Source of the DNA: an uncultured bacterium
Lineage (GTDB): Bacteria; Planctomycetota; UBA1135; GCA-002686595
DNA length: 64,000 nt
Direction of reading: 5' to 3'
Assembly (NCBI GenBank): GCA_943787795.1
Contig: CALSNU010000004.1
Coordinates: forward strand, 256,001-320,000
The notes under the pieces are model-generated. The model saw nothing but the letters and a program-made list of their open reading frames with translations, searched no databases and had not been told where the DNA came from. The translations under genes were made by a program, and so were the position numbers. This document shows, piece after piece, positions 47,927-59,050 of this stretch (its first letter is position 1; the number at the start of each line of letters is the position of its first letter).

Positions 47927-48784
47927 ATGCCCCGCTCACGCTCCGTCAGTCGTCGTCCGGCCTCGCGCGCCAGCGACCGGGGAATCATGCTGCGTCGGAC
48001 GCCCTTCGGAGAGACCTCCCTGGTCGTCCACGTCCTGACACCCAACCACGGGCGGGTCGAGCTCATGGCGAAGGGCGCCCACCGTCCGCGCTCGAGGTTC
48101 TTCGGCGTCCTCGACTGGTTCGACACGCTCGAGTTGTCCTGGGTCCGACGTGGTGACTCCGAGCTCGGCACGCTACGCGAGGGAGAGCTTCACATCCGGC
48201 GGCGCCAGCTGACGCGGTCGCTGCGGAGCTATCGCGCCGCCCAGACGGTCGTCGAGCTCGCCGACCTCGTCACACGAGCTGGGTTCTCGGACCGTGAGCA
48301 GTTCGCGCTGGCTGAGGGTGCGCTCGACGCGCTCGACCGCGCCCAAGGTCCCCCCTCCGCCCTGCTGGCTGGCTTCGAGCTGAAGCTGCTGGAGCAGCTC
48401 GGGCTCGCGCCAGCTCTGGTCACCTGCGCCACCTGCGGCGCGCCGGCCGCGGCCGTGGACCCCGGCTCCGTGGAGCCCAGAGCCCCCTTCTCCACGGCTG
48501 TTGGAGGCCGCCTCTGCCCGATCCACGCGAACGAGGCTCACGCCTCGGGACTCCGCGTCGGTACCCTCCCGGTCTCCATCCTCGAATCTGCCCAGCTCGC
48601 CCTCAGCGCTCCTCTCGAGGAGCTCGACCGAGCCGGATGGCCCACGGATCGCTCGATCCGCGTTCTGGACTTCGCTGGCCGATTCCTGGATCACCACCTG
48701 GAGGCACGACCCAAGAGCCACGCTCGCTTCCTGGCGGCGCCAGATCGAAACCGACGCCCCGCATCACGCCCCGACGCCCCTTGA
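47927..48784 (+). CDS. recO: DNA repair protein RecO
   Basis: GIMLR..FGETSLVV..LT..HGRV..MAKGA; FELKLL; CATC...LCPIH zinc site. Confidence 0.88.
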   Translation: MPRSRSVSRRPASRASDRGIMLRRTPFGETSLVVHVLTPNHGRVELMAKGAHRPRSRFFGVLDWFDTLELSWVRRGDSELGTLREGELHIRRRQLTRSLRSYRAAQTVVELADLVTRAGFSDREQFALAEGALDALDRAQGPPSALLAGFELKLLEQLGLAPALVTCATCGAPAAAVDPGSVEPRAPFSTAVGGRLCPIHANEAHASGLRVGTLPVSILESAQLALSAPLEELDRAGWPTDRSIRVLDFAGRFLDHHLEARPKSHARFLAAPDRNRRPASRPDAP

Positions 48785-50047
48785 CGCCCCCCATCACCAC
48801 AAAGTCCCCCTTGCTGCCCGGCCTCGCACTCCTCGCGCTCGCCAGCTGCAGCTCGAGCCCGATCGCCTCGGTGTCTCCCATGGACCCCGACCAGGTCCCG
48901 GCGACGCTCATGGCCGCGCAAGCCTCGACAGCCGACCAGCTGGCAGATGGGCAGCTGGTGGACACCGTCGCGGACCTGCTCTCGGCGAACAAGGCCCGTG
49001 GACTCGACACGCGGACCCGGGTGGAGGTTCGCACCGCGCTCGAGCTCTACGCCCAGGAGCTCGCGGACCGCGGTGAGAACCCGCGAGCCCTCGAGGACCT
49101 CTCGGAGACCGACCTGCCTGCCCGGATCTCCGTGCCGGCTGGGATTCGTTCCGCGACCCTCTACCTCGCCCGTGAGGATCGCAAGGACGCGTTCAAGACG
49201 ATCAAGAAGCTCGACACCCGGTACCCGTCCCACGGTCTCCGTGACGAGGCCGGCGACTTGCTCATGGAGATCGGCAACAGCTACTACTTCGACAAGCGTC
49301 GCAAGTTCTTCCTGTTCCCCTACTCGAGCAACGCGCCGCAGGTCTACGAGTACTTGAGCACGGAGTACCCCAAGCACCCCGAGACCGATGACGCGCTGAA
49401 TCGGCTGGCCGATACCTACGCCAAGAACCGGCAGTACAGCTTCGCCATCGAGAAGCGCGAGAACCTCATCCTCTGGTGCCGGGACTCTCCCTATCGAATT
49501 GCAAGCGAGGCCGCGGTGCCGGAACTCCGTCTCGCCGCGCTCGATGGGCCGGAGTACGACCGAGCCGCCATGTTGATCGCCCTCACGGAGCTGGAGACCT
49601 GGATCTCGAGGTACCCCCGACAACGAGCTGCGCCCTGACGTGGAGAGGACCATGATCGACTGCCTGCAGCGCCTCGCCGATAACGACATGGTCGTCGCCC
49701 GCTTCTACCGCACCGTCCTGAGCGCAACGGGCGCACGCCAGCACGCTGCCCGGGCGCTGGAGTTCGCGAAGCGAGCGGGGAACCCGGAGCAGCTGGAGGA
49801 GATCCGGACGTTCCTCGCAGCCGTCGATGAGATCGAGTCTCTCGGGCCGCCGAGGGAGATCACCCAGGGAGCGGAGTTCGAGGGCATCCTCCCGCTCGGC
49901 GCTGAGTTCGACCAGCTGGGACCCGCCGAGTTGGCGCCCGGCTCCGAGACGCCGGAGGCCGACCGAAGAAAGCGCGACGTCGACCAGAGCGATGAGTCCC
50001 CGCCTGCTCCTGCCTCCAGCTCGGAGAGCAGCGGAGGGACGCTGTGA
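48781..50047 (+). CDS. bamD: BamD-like TPR lipoprotein, +1 frameshift in a C5 run (49614-49618)
   Basis: Lipobox LASC; YP-containing TPR helices; removing one C gives RYPDNELRPDVERTM...LADNDMVVARFY; recO-bamD-lptE synteny. Confidence 0.65.
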
Positions 50048-50619
50048 GCTCCGTGCGACGGCGCCTGTCGGCTCTCCTTGTCCTCGTTGCTGGCCTGGTC
50101 CCCGGCGCAGGCCTGGCCCTCAGCGCTGGCCTGCTCGGGGGGTGCGGATATCAGACGGGCCTGAGCCCGACGATGCCCGACGGCCGCACCGCCGAGTCGA
50201 TCGGTATCGAGATCTTCGGCAACGAGAGCCTGCTACCGAATCTCGAGCAGCCCCTGCACGCCGCCACGACCAAGTCCGCACGCCGCTTCCTGGACCTCGA
50301 GCTCCGCTCCCCCGGCCGCAGCGACCTGGTCCTGCGGGGATCGATCAAGGACTTCCAGCGACTGCCCGGCGCTCGGACCCCCGACAACCTCTTCGTCGAG
50401 ACCAGGGATGTGATCGTGATCGAGGCGACCCTCGTGGATCGCGCGCGGGGCGTGGAGCTCGGGACCACCGTCGTGGAGACGGTCGTTGGGTCCGCTATCG
50501 ACATCCCCGGCCGAGAGCCCGTGCAGCGCGAGCGCGCCCTCAAGGTCGCCGCGGACCAGATCGTGCTCTCACTCGTCGCCGAGCTGCAGTATCGCGACAC
50601 CCCACCACCCCTGGACTGA
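50044..50619 (+). CDS. lptE: LptE-like LPS assembly lipoprotein
   Basis: GGCGY lipobox; SIGIEIFGNES, LVLRGSI, AADQIV. Confidence 0.7.
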   Translation: MSSVRRRLSALLVLVAGLVPGAGLALSAGLLGGCGYQTGLSPTMPDGRTAESIGIEIFGNESLLPNLEQPLHAATTKSARRFLDLELRSPGRSDLVLRGSIKDFQRLPGARTPDNLFVETRDVIVIEATLVDRARGVELGTTVVETVVGSAIDIPGREPVQRERALKVAADQIVLSLVAELQYRDTPPPLD

Positions 50620-50629
50620 CCTCCCGTAA

Positions 50630-50651
50630 GCCCCCGATGAAGATCGGGGGT
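50630..50651 (+). terminator. Short hairpin after lptE
   Basis: cccccgat-gaag-atcggggg; no U-tract. Confidence 0.4.
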
Positions 50652-50823
50652 CAACGCAGAGGCGCTGGCCCCGATGGCCTACACTGCTCCGAGCACGTCG
50701 ACCATTCCGCTCTGCCGGCCCTGAAGGGCCATCGCGGGCGCTTCCAGCTTCCCAGGCACGTCTCTCGCGTCCTGGCGGTTTCAGGGGCTGGAGAATCACT
50801 GACGACGGGCCGATAACCAAGCT

Positions 50824-53166
50824 ATGGCCGATTCACAGCCCCAGGGGGACAAGGCGCGCAAGCCCCGTCCCTTCGGTTCGTTCCTCCTGTTCCTCACCGT
50901 CATCGTGGTGGTGCTGGTCGCGTTCAGCGGCAGCAGCCTGCGCAAGACCGAGGAGTTCACGCAGGATGTCTTCCTGCACGCGCTCGTCACGGGCACGGTC
51001 CAGCGCCTCGAGCTGAAGGGCCAGACCGACGTGGAGGGCGTCCTGACCTCCGGGAAGTCGTTCCAGACGTCCTTCGCCAGCGTCGCCGAGCACGAGGACT
51101 ACTGGCGCGACGTCAAGGCGCGCGCGAGGTACACCAGCGTCCAGCCCGGCCCGCTCCTGACCGCGCTGTCCGACGGGACCTTCCAGCCGACCGAGGTCTG
51201 GCAGGTGACCGAGGTCTCCGTGGAGTCGACGCGAGCCCCTGAGGCGGACGAGGTCCCCACGGTGCCCCGCACCCGCCAGACCGACCGCCTGTACGTCTTC
51301 GGCGTGGCCACCCCGGGATCAGGCTTCACCCCCACCGACGGCACGGTGGGCGAGGGGACCAACGGAGAGAAGGGCGACTACGAGATCGCCCTGAAGGTCG
51401 GCAACGTCGCGCCGCAGCTCACGGAGATCCGGGAGGCGCTGGTCGCCAAGGGGGCCACGCTCAAGCCGTGGTCCTTCGACCTGACTCCCAACGGGGGCAC
51501 CGTGCACGGCCCCCCCGACGGGTCGTTCACGCTCATGCTGCTGACCTACGGTCCGTGGATCCTCATCTTCGCCATCTTCATCCTGTTCATGCGCCAGATG
51601 CGCAGCCAGGGCTCAGGTGCGGGCGTCATGAGTTTCGGACGCAGCCGCGCGCAGATGTACACGAAGGAGAACCACACTGGCGTCACCTTCGAGGACGTCG
51701 CCGGAGCCCAGGAAGCCAAGGCCGAGGTGCGCGAGGTCGTCGAGTTCCTCAAGAACCCCGGTAAGTTCACGCGCATCGGCGGCCGCATCCCCCGGGGCGT
51801 CCTCCTCGTCGGGTCACCAGGCTGTGGCAAGACGCTGCTCGCCAAGGCGATCGCCGGTGAAGCTGAGGTGCCCTTCTTCTCGATCTCGGGCTCCGACTTC
51901 GTCGAGATGTTCGTGGGTGTCGGCGCGAGCCGCGTCCGGGACCTCTTCAAGCAGGCCCGCGAGAACTCGCCCTGCATCATCTTCCTGGACGAGATTGACG
52001 CCGTTGGCCGCAGGCGCGGCAGCGGCATGGGTGGAGGGCACGATGAGCGTGAGCAGACCCTCAACGCGATCCTCGTCGAGATGGACGGCTTCAGCACCGA
52101 CGAGGGCATCATCGTCGTGGCCGCGACCAACCGCCCGGACGTGCTCGACCCCGCGCTGCTCCGCCCCGGCCGCTTCGATCGGGAGGTGACCATTGACCTG
52201 CCCGACCTCGACGGACGTGAGGCGATCCTCGGCGTGCACCTCAAGAAGGTCCGCGTGGCCAAGGGGATCGAGGTCATCGACCTCGCCCGAGCCACGCCCG
52301 GCTACTCCGGCGCCGACCTCGCCGCCATCGTGAACGAGGCGGCCATCATGGCCGTGCTTGACAAGAAGGACGAGATCGAGATGCCGCACCTCGAGGAGGC
52401 GGCGGCGAAGGTCCGCTACGGGCGACAGAAGATCGCCCGCAACGTCGAGAAGGAGGACCTCGAGATCACCGCCTACCACGAGGCGGGTCACACCATCGTG
52501 GCTGCGAAGCTCGAGGACCAGGTGGACGTGCCCCACAAGGTCACCATCGTGCCCCGCGGGCGCGCCCTCGGCGCGACCATGATGCTCCCGGAGAAGGAGA
52601 GCTACCACACCCAGCGGCGCCGGCTGCTCGGCCAGCTCGCCATGCTCTACGGAGGTCGAGTCGCCGAGGAGATCTTCTGCGGCGACATCTCCGCCGGCGC
52701 CTCAGATGACATCCGGAGGGCCACCGAGCTGGCGCGCGCGATGGTCACCGAGCTCGGCATGAGCGACAAGGTGGGTCCCATCAACTTCGCGGAGCGCCAG
52801 GGCTCGGACTTCCTGGGCACGGAGCTCATGAGCGGCAAGTGGCACTCCGAGGAGACCGCTCGCGAGATCGACGAGGAGATCAGGCGCATCATGCGCGAGG
52901 CCTATGAGCTCGCCCGCGACCTCGTGGGAGAGAGCCGCGAAGCGATGGAGCGCCTCACCCAGGGGCTGCTGCTCTACGAGACGCTGGACCGCGAGGAGAT
53001 CGCAAAGCTGATCGACGGCGAGGCACCCGAGAGCCTCCGGGAGAAGACCGCCGAGGAGATCCGCGAGGAGCGCCGCTCGGCCAAGCCCTCCCCCCCTCCC
53101 GTGGCAGCGCCCGAGCTGGACATCGACGGCGACAGCGGCTCCATGCCCGGCCTCTCGCCGGCCTGA
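50824..53166 (+). CDS. ftsH: ATP-dependent zinc metalloprotease FtsH
   Basis: [52 protein letters not shown]. Confidence 0.98.
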   Translation: MADSQPQGDKARKPRPFGSFLLFLTVIVVVLVAFSGSSLRKTEEFTQDVFLHALVTGTVQRLELKGQTDVEGVLTSGKSFQTSFASVAEHEDYWRDVKARARYTSVQPGPLLTALSDGTFQPTEVWQVTEVSVESTRAPEADEVPTVPRTRQTDRLYVFGVATPGSGFTPTDGTVGEGTNGEKGDYEIALKVGNVAPQLTEIREALVAKGATLKPWSFDLTPNGGTVHGPPDGSFTLMLLTYGPWILIFAIFILFMRQMRSQGSGAGVMSFGRSRAQMYTKENHTGVTFEDVAGAQEAKAEVREVVEFLKNPGKFTRIGGRIPRGVLLVGSPGCGKTLLAKAIAGEAEVPFFSISGSDFVEMFVGVGASRVRDLFKQARENSPCIIFLDEIDAVGRRRGSGMGGGHDEREQTLNAILVEMDGFSTDEGIIVVAATNRPDVLDPALLRPGRFDREVTIDLPDLDGREAILGVHLKKVRVAKGIEVIDLARATPGYSGADLAAIVNEAAIMAVLDKKDEIEMPHLEEAAAKVRYGRQKIARNVEKEDLEITAYHEAGHTIVAAKLEDQVDVPHKVTIVPRGRALGATMMLPEKESYHTQRRRLLGQLAMLYGGRVAEEIFCGDISAGASDDIRRATELARAMVTELGMSDKVGPINFAERQGSDFLGTELMSGKWHSEETAREIDEEIRRIMREAYELARDLVGESREAMERLTQGLLLYETLDREEIAKLIDGEAPESLREKTAEEIREERRSAKPSPPPVAAPELDIDGDSGSMPGLSPA

Positions 53167-53175
53167 CGGTCGACC

Positions 53176-54165
53176 TTGAGCGCCGTCGCCCCCCACGGCC
53201 AGGGGCCGCCCCGCCCCTGGCCCCTTGATCCTGAGCGCGGCTTCGCCCCCGGGTCGCGCACGCCCTCCATGATGGGCGTGGTCAACGTCACCCCCGACAG
53301 CTTCTCGGACGGCGGACGGTTCCTCGATCCGGATCGCGCCATCGAGCACGGCCTCCAGCTCATCGACGAGGGCGCCGACGTGCTCGACGTGGGCGGCGAG
53401 TCCACCCGTCCCGGGGCCGACCCAGTTCCTGCCGAGGAGGAGCTACGGCGCATCCTCCCGGTCATCGAGGCCCTCGCGGCGCGAGGCTCCGTCCCGATCT
53501 CCGTGGACACCACCAAGGCCTGCGTGGCCCGTCTCGCGGTGGAAGCAGGCGCTCGCATCGTCAACGACATCAGCGGGGGGCTCGCGGATCCAGAGATGAT
53601 CCCGACGGTCGCCCAGCTCAGAGAGGACCATGACCTGTTCCTGGTCCTCATGCATCGACAGGGCGCGCCGGAGTCCATGCAAGCGGCCCCTCGGTACGGA
53701 GATGCCCTCTCAGAGGTTCGGCGGTGCCTCCAGGAGCGGATGGAGGCCGGCCTCGAGGCAGGGATCCCCGCTGACCGGCTGGCCCTCGACCCGGGGATCG
53801 GCTTCGGGAAGAGCCTCGAGCACAATCTGCAGCTCCTTCGGGGCCTGACCGAACTGCGCGCCGTGGGCTCGCCACTGCTCCTCGGCGTCTCCCGGAAGTC
53901 CTTCATCGGGCACATCACGGGCCAGGAACGCGCCGCCGACTGGGAAGAGGCTGCCCGCCGACGGGCGCCTGACCAGCGGGAGCGGGTCGGGGGCACCGCG
54001 GCCGCGATCGCGCTCGCGGTCTCAACCGGCAGCGCAGACATCCTGAGGGTGCATGACGTGGCGATCATGCGAGAGGCCGTCCTCGTAGCCGCGGCCATCG
54101 GCCCCTGCCAGGGAGGGACCGCGTCGAGCCCCTCCGAGAGGACCGGCCCACAAGCTGCGGATTGA
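53176..54165 (+). CDS. folP: Dihydropteroate synthase
   Basis: MGVVNVTPDSFSDGG, DVGGESTRPG, DPGIGFGK, SRKSF, RVHDV. Confidence 0.96.
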   Translation: MSAVAPHGQGPPRPWPLDPERGFAPGSRTPSMMGVVNVTPDSFSDGGRFLDPDRAIEHGLQLIDEGADVLDVGGESTRPGADPVPAEEELRRILPVIEALAARGSVPISVDTTKACVARLAVEAGARIVNDISGGLADPEMIPTVAQLREDHDLFLVLMHRQGAPESMQAAPRYGDALSEVRRCLQERMEAGLEAGIPADRLALDPGIGFGKSLEHNLQLLRGLTELRAVGSPLLLGVSRKSFIGHITGQERAADWEEAARRRAPDQRERVGGTAAAIALAVSTGSADILRVHDVAIMREAVLVAAAIGPCQGGTASSPSERTGPQAAD

Positions 54166-54358
54166 CGCGAGGGAGGCCGCCGGGCCGCCGCCCGAGAACA
54201 GGGCTTCACTCCAGCCCCCTGGACCGCCGATCCAGGGAGAGGGCGCGAGCCGGCCACGGACGACCGTATAGGGATGCGGCGCGTGCTCACGGACCTCTTG
54301 GGCGATAGTCTTGGGGTTCGTAGCGGCCGATCGCGCCAGAACCGCACGCCACCCAAAG

Positions 54359-56345
54359 ATGCCCCCCGACCCCAAGACAATCGCTCAGGTCTTCATCCTG
54401 ACGGTCGGGATCCAGCTGTTCCTGTCCTTCCTCACGACCGCGCGTAGCAGCCGGATGATTCGAGGGGCGGCCCTCGCGTACTTCTTCCTGTACGGGGTCC
54501 TCCTGAGCGTCGCGGAGCAGGCCGACCTCGTGGAGCTGGAGGTCATCGTGAACAGCGTGACGGGCTTCGCCGTGGTCATCCTGGCGGTGGTCTTCCAGCC
54601 GGAGCTGCGCCGCGGGATCGTGAGGATCGGGGACACCCCCCTCCTCCGCCGCTTCCTCGGGCGCCAGTCCTACGACGCCGTGGATGAGGTCGCCGAGGCA
54701 TGCATCTCCATGGCGAAGCGTAAACAGGGGGCGCTCATCGCCTTCGAACGCCAGGCGACCCTCGACTCCTACACGACCAACTCCGTCAAGGTCGACGGCA
54801 ACGTCCATCGGGACCTGCTGGACAGCATCTTCCACACCGGCGGCGCCCTGCACGATGGGGCCGTCATCCTCCGGGAGGGCCGGGTGCTCTGCGCCATGGC
54901 GATCCTCCCGCTGTCAGAGAACGATCAGCTGGCGAGCTCGGTGGGCACCCGACACCGGGCGGCCCTCGGCCTCACCGAAGAGACCGACGCCGTCGTCGTC
55001 GCCGTCTCCGAGGAGACGGGGCTCATCTCGGTCTTCCAGGGTGGAACGATGGAGCGGCGCGTCCTCCGTGATGAGCTCGGCGATGTGCTCCGCGCGCGCC
55101 TCGGCGGGGACGACCTCGCCGCCCCCAGTCGAGCCGAGCGGCGCCCGCTCCTCGGGCGGCTTGCGAAGATGGCCTTCGGAGACCCTGGCGGGAAGCTCAC
55201 GTCCCTGCTCCTCGCCGTCTTCATCTTCTCCCTCGCGGGCCGCGCGGTGATGGGCGAGCAGACCTTCACGGTCGAGGTGCAAGTCGAGGCGGGATCAGAG
55301 GCCAACACCATTCCGACCCGCGGCGTCCTGACCGTCGTGCTCCCGAGCGAGGGTCTGCACCTCGCCAACCCCATGGACGGGGCCCGCCTTGAGGTACGCG
55401 CGGAGGCCTCCGAGGCGCAGCTCGACATGATCCGAGGGGGCCTCGGCGGCGTCCTGCTCGTCGACGAGGGTTGGGTGGGCAAGGAACGCCAGGTGGAGCC
55501 CTCGGACCTCTCATGGGGACTCGGGCGGGTTCTGGGGGAGCTGGAGGTTCAATTCGTCACGCCGGAGGCCCTCGTCCTGAAGGTCGAGCAGTACGCCAAC
55601 GATGAGATCGAGCCCTCGATCGCCTCCCTGGCCACCTCACCGGAGGCTGCTGCGGCCGGAGACTTCGCGCTGATCTCCCTCCCCCAGGCCTCGGGCCTCC
55701 TCGCCGAGTCCCTCGAGTTCAACCCGTCGCGCGTGGGGGTCCGCGGCCCGGCGGACGTGATCGAGTCCATCTCCGCCGACCCCTCGATCCTCGCCTTCGA
55801 GCCGATCGACCTGTCGGCCTATTCGGGGCGAGGCTTCGTCGAGCGCGTGCGGATCGATCGCACGAAGCTGCCGGAGATCGAGATCGACGGGGAGCTGTTC
55901 CTGCGGGGAGAGCTGGCCCCGAAGGAGATCCTGATCACCACGCTGGAACTGGAGGTCGCCCTGGTGTCCTTCGACGCGGCGCGCCTCACAGGCGACATCC
56001 CTTTCCTCCCCCCCCACCGAGCTGGTCAAGGTCCAGGTGATGGAGCGCGGGCTCTTTCCTGAGGGGCTCCCCGAGGCCACACGGACCCAGATGCTCCAGG
56101 AGGTCCTGCAGTTTGCCAGAGAGAACGCGCGGGTCTTCGTGGACGTGGACCGTGCCCTCCGTGAACCGGGTAACCGAGCGCCGGTGGAAATTGATGCCCT
56201 CGACCCGCTCTGGCGCCAGCGGCTCGGCCCCTACTTCAACGAGGCCAAGGCCGACCCGGCGTCCTCGCTCCGCCTCATCGTGGATGATTCCACGAGCTCC
56301 ATCGCCCTTGTCCGCGAACTGCCAGATGACGACCAAGAGAAGTGA
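54359..56345 (+). CDS. dacA: Diadenylate cyclase CdaA fused to a CdaR/YbbR-like extracytoplasmic region; +1 frameshift in a C8 run (56008-56015)
   Basis: 3 TM + VVFQPELRR, LHDGAVI, GTRHRAA; then TM KLTSLLLAVFIF and PSRVGVRGP YbbR-like segment; removing one C joins to ORF 56037-56345. Confidence 0.85.
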
Positions 56346-57723
56346 AGGCCCGATCTTTGGGACCGACGGGATCCGCGGCCGCGCCCTGGAGGGGTGGCTC
56401 ACGACAGCAGCGGTGGAGGCCCTCGGGCGCGCCGCAGGGGCGGTGCTCAGCCGCGACTCCGACGGCAGCGAAGGCGAGGCGCTGATCGCCCACGACGGCC
56501 GCGCCTCCGCCGCTCCGATTCAGGAGGCGCTGGCCCGCGGCCTCGCCCAGTCCGGGATCCGCGCGACGACCGCGGGGCTCCTTCCGACGCCGGGCCTCGC
56601 CTGGCTGACCGGGTCGAGGCCTGTGACGCTGGGAGCCATGATCAGCGCCTCCCACAACCCCGCGGAGGACAACGGGATCAAGCTCTTCGCCGGGGGCGGC
56701 AACAAGCTGACCGACGCAGAGCAGGCCGAGATCGAGGTCCGCCTGCGAGATGAGTTGGAACGGGTCGACCCGGACGCTGAGTCGAACGAGCCGGCCGGGC
56801 CGGCCCTGGCCCGAGACGAGTCCCTGCACTCCGCCTACGCGGATCACCTGGTCGCCCTCGGCACGGAAGGGGACCCCCTGGACCTCAGCGGCCTCAACAT
56901 CGTCGTGGACGCGGCCAACGGGGCCGCGAGCTCGGTCGGCCCCGATGTCCTCCGGCGTCTCGGCGCCGAGGTCACCGGCCTTCACTGCGCGCCCGACGGG
57001 CTGAACATCAACGCCGACTGCGGCTCGACCCACCCGGAGTCCCTGCAGGCGCGGGTCCTTGAGACCGGCGCGAGCCTCGGCATCGCCCTGGATGGCGACG
57101 CAGATCGCTGCCTGCTCGTCGATGAGCAGGGGCAGCTGGTCGACGGGGACGCGATCATGACCATCATCGCTCGCGACGCCGCCCAGAGAGGCCTCTGGAA
57201 GGACCCGCGTATCGTCGCCACCGTGATGAGCAACCGGGGCCTCCACCGGGCTCTCTCCCCCAGCGGCATCGGGGTCCATGAGGTCGGCGTCGGCGACCGG
57301 CAAGTCGTCGAGGGCCTGCGCTCGGAGGGCCTCCGCCTCGGCGGCGAGAAGTCAGGGCACGTCATCTTCGGCTCGGAGAACGGCTTCATCGGCGACGGGC
57401 TCTTGACGGCGCTGCACGTGCTCGGCGTGGCCGTACGTAACCAGGCCACCCTCTCCAGCCTCGCCGCCCCGTTCATCCCCTTTCCGCAGGTCTTGCTCGG
57501 GCTCGTGGTGTCATCCAAGCCTGACCTGGAGACCCTCACTGAGTTCCAGGCCCTCCGCGCCCGCTTCGAAGAGGAGCTGGGCGCAGACGGACGCGTCAAC
57601 GTCCGTTACTCCGGTACGGAGCCCAAGGCGCGAGTGATGATCGAGGGGCCTGACGAGCAGCGAATCGAACAGATGGCCGTTCAGCTCTCCGAGGCGCTCG
57701 CCCGGGAGATCGAGCGCGGATGA
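56326..57723 (+). CDS. glmM: Phosphoglucosamine mutase
   Basis: FGTDGIRG, ISASHNP.EDNGIK, DGDADR, GGEKSGH, RYSGTEP. Confidence 0.96.
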   Translation: MTTKRSEGPIFGTDGIRGRALEGWLTTAAVEALGRAAGAVLSRDSDGSEGEALIAHDGRASAAPIQEALARGLAQSGIRATTAGLLPTPGLAWLTGSRPVTLGAMISASHNPAEDNGIKLFAGGGNKLTDAEQAEIEVRLRDELERVDPDAESNEPAGPALARDESLHSAYADHLVALGTEGDPLDLSGLNIVVDAANGAASSVGPDVLRRLGAEVTGLHCAPDGLNINADCGSTHPESLQARVLETGASLGIALDGDADRCLLVDEQGQLVDGDAIMTIIARDAAQRGLWKDPRIVATVMSNRGLHRALSPSGIGVHEVGVGDRQVVEGLRSEGLRLGGEKSGHVIFGSENGFIGDGLLTALHVLGVAVRNQATLSSLAAPFIPFPQVLLGLVVSSKPDLETLTEFQALRARFEEELGADGRVNVRYSGTEPKARVMIEGPDEQRIEQMAVQLSEALAREIERG

Positions 57724-58427
57724 ACGACAGGTCACGGGAGAGGGTCCGCGAGACACCGAGGCTCGTGGTGGCGCTGGAGACCTCCACCCGCCCGGCCTCC
57801 ATCGCCGCGCGTGGGCCCGAGGGTCAACGCGCTGCGCTCACCCTGGAGGAGGACCGCCGGCACGCGAGCGATCTGCTCGGCGCCCTCGGTGAGCTGGTCA
57901 AGCAGGTCGGCGCGACACCCTCGGACCTGGACCTCGTCCTCGCCGGCACCGGCCCAGGGAGCTACACCGGCCTGAGGGTCGGCGCCTCCACTGCCCTTGG
58001 CCTCATGCGCGGCTCCGACGCAGAGGTCCTCGGGCTGCCCTCCTTTGACGCCATCGCTGCCGACGGCCTCGCCGCCGGAGAGCGCGGCGCCGTACTGCGC
58101 AACGCCTTCGGAGGACACCTCTACGTCGCGGTCTACGAACGCCCGGAGGAGGACGTCCTCCAGCTGGAGGAGCCCACATGCCTGCAGCCAGCCGCGAGTC
58201 TCGAGCTGCTCGCCGACGTGCCCGTGCTCCTGGCCGACGGGGCGGCGTTGAAGGCGCTCGCGGCAGATCCTCCGGCCTCGATGGAGGTGCGGCTGGCTCC
58301 CCGTGCGAAGGCAGAGCATCTGCTCGACCTCGGGCTCAAGCGGCTGGAGGCCGGCGCAGTCCCTGGCGCAGAGACCCTGCGGCCGCTCTACCTTCGCCCC
58401 TACGACGCGAAGGTGCGCCGACGCTGA
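57720..58427 (+). CDS. tsaB: tRNA threonylcarbamoyladenosine biosynthesis protein TsaB
   Basis: ALETST, GPGSYTGLRVG, PLYLR. Confidence 0.92.
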   Translation: MNDRSRERVRETPRLVVALETSTRPASIAARGPEGQRAALTLEEDRRHASDLLGALGELVKQVGATPSDLDLVLAGTGPGSYTGLRVGASTALGLMRGSDAEVLGLPSFDAIAADGLAAGERGAVLRNAFGGHLYVAVYERPEEDVLQLEEPTCLQPAASLELLADVPVLLADGAALKALAADPPASMEVRLAPRAKAEHLLDLGLKRLEAGAVPGAETLRPLYLRPYDAKVRRR

Positions 58428-58506
58428 CCGCGTCGCGCGAACGGGTGAGTCCACCCCGGGATCCAATCCAAGGTCTATCCCAGGACCCAATCCAACGGAA
58501 CGCGAA

Positions 58507-58539
58507 GAGCCGCTCCCCACCATCGGTGGGGAGCGGCTC
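58507..58539. terminator. Bidirectional terminator-like hairpin
   Basis: 15-bp perfect stem gagccgctccccacc / ggtggggagcggctc between convergent genes. Confidence 0.75.
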
Positions 58540-58597
58540 CTTCATGCTCTGGTTCGGCGAGAGGACCGTGCCGCGAGGCACGCCTCCCGCCGAGGGA

Positions 58598-58861
58598 TCA
58601 GAGGTCCTGCGGACGCAGGGTACGGCGGTTGTTCGCGTCGGCCCGCGCCTCGGCGCCGGCGATCATCTCGCGAACCTTTTCGTCCAGCGCGGCGTAGAAG
58701 TCACCGGAGACGTTGATCGACGCGCAGGCCTTGGTGCGGCTCTTGCTGATGATCATGTCGACGGCGCCCTTCTTCTTGCTGGCCTTCTTCTTGGTCTTAC
58801 GGGCGGGGGCCTTCTTGGCGGCCGCCTTCTTGGTGGCGCGCTTGGCTTTTTTCTTTGCCAT
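58598..58861 (-). CDS. Bacterial histone-fold protein with Lys-rich N-terminal tail
   Basis: MIISKSRTK...NVSGDFYAALDEKVREMIAGAEARADANNRRTLRPQDL with RxTxxxxD; 15 K + 2 R in the first 31 aa. Confidence 0.85.
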   Translation of the reverse strand: MAKKKAKRATKKAAAKKAPARKTKKKASKKKGAVDMIISKSRTKACASINVSGDFYAALDEKVREMIAGAEARADANNRRTLRPQDL

Positions 58862-59050
58862 GACTCGATGCCCCGAAAGTGGGGCTGGGAGGGTCTGGGT
58901 TTGGATTCAGTGCGGTGAGAGAGAGGATTCCGTAACGCTTCGGGGAGAGTGACGGTCGCGCGAGGCGATGTCAACGGCCAGAATCACCCGAGATGGGCCT
59001 AAATAAAGCCGATCCAGGAAGCGGGCCCCCCGCAGCCTGACCAAGTCGAG

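Noticed and set aside
49614..49618. Programmed frameshift or phase variation in the bamD-like gene
   Set aside because: The run is only C5 in a normally essential gene; it fits the same +1 homopolymer error seen elsewhere
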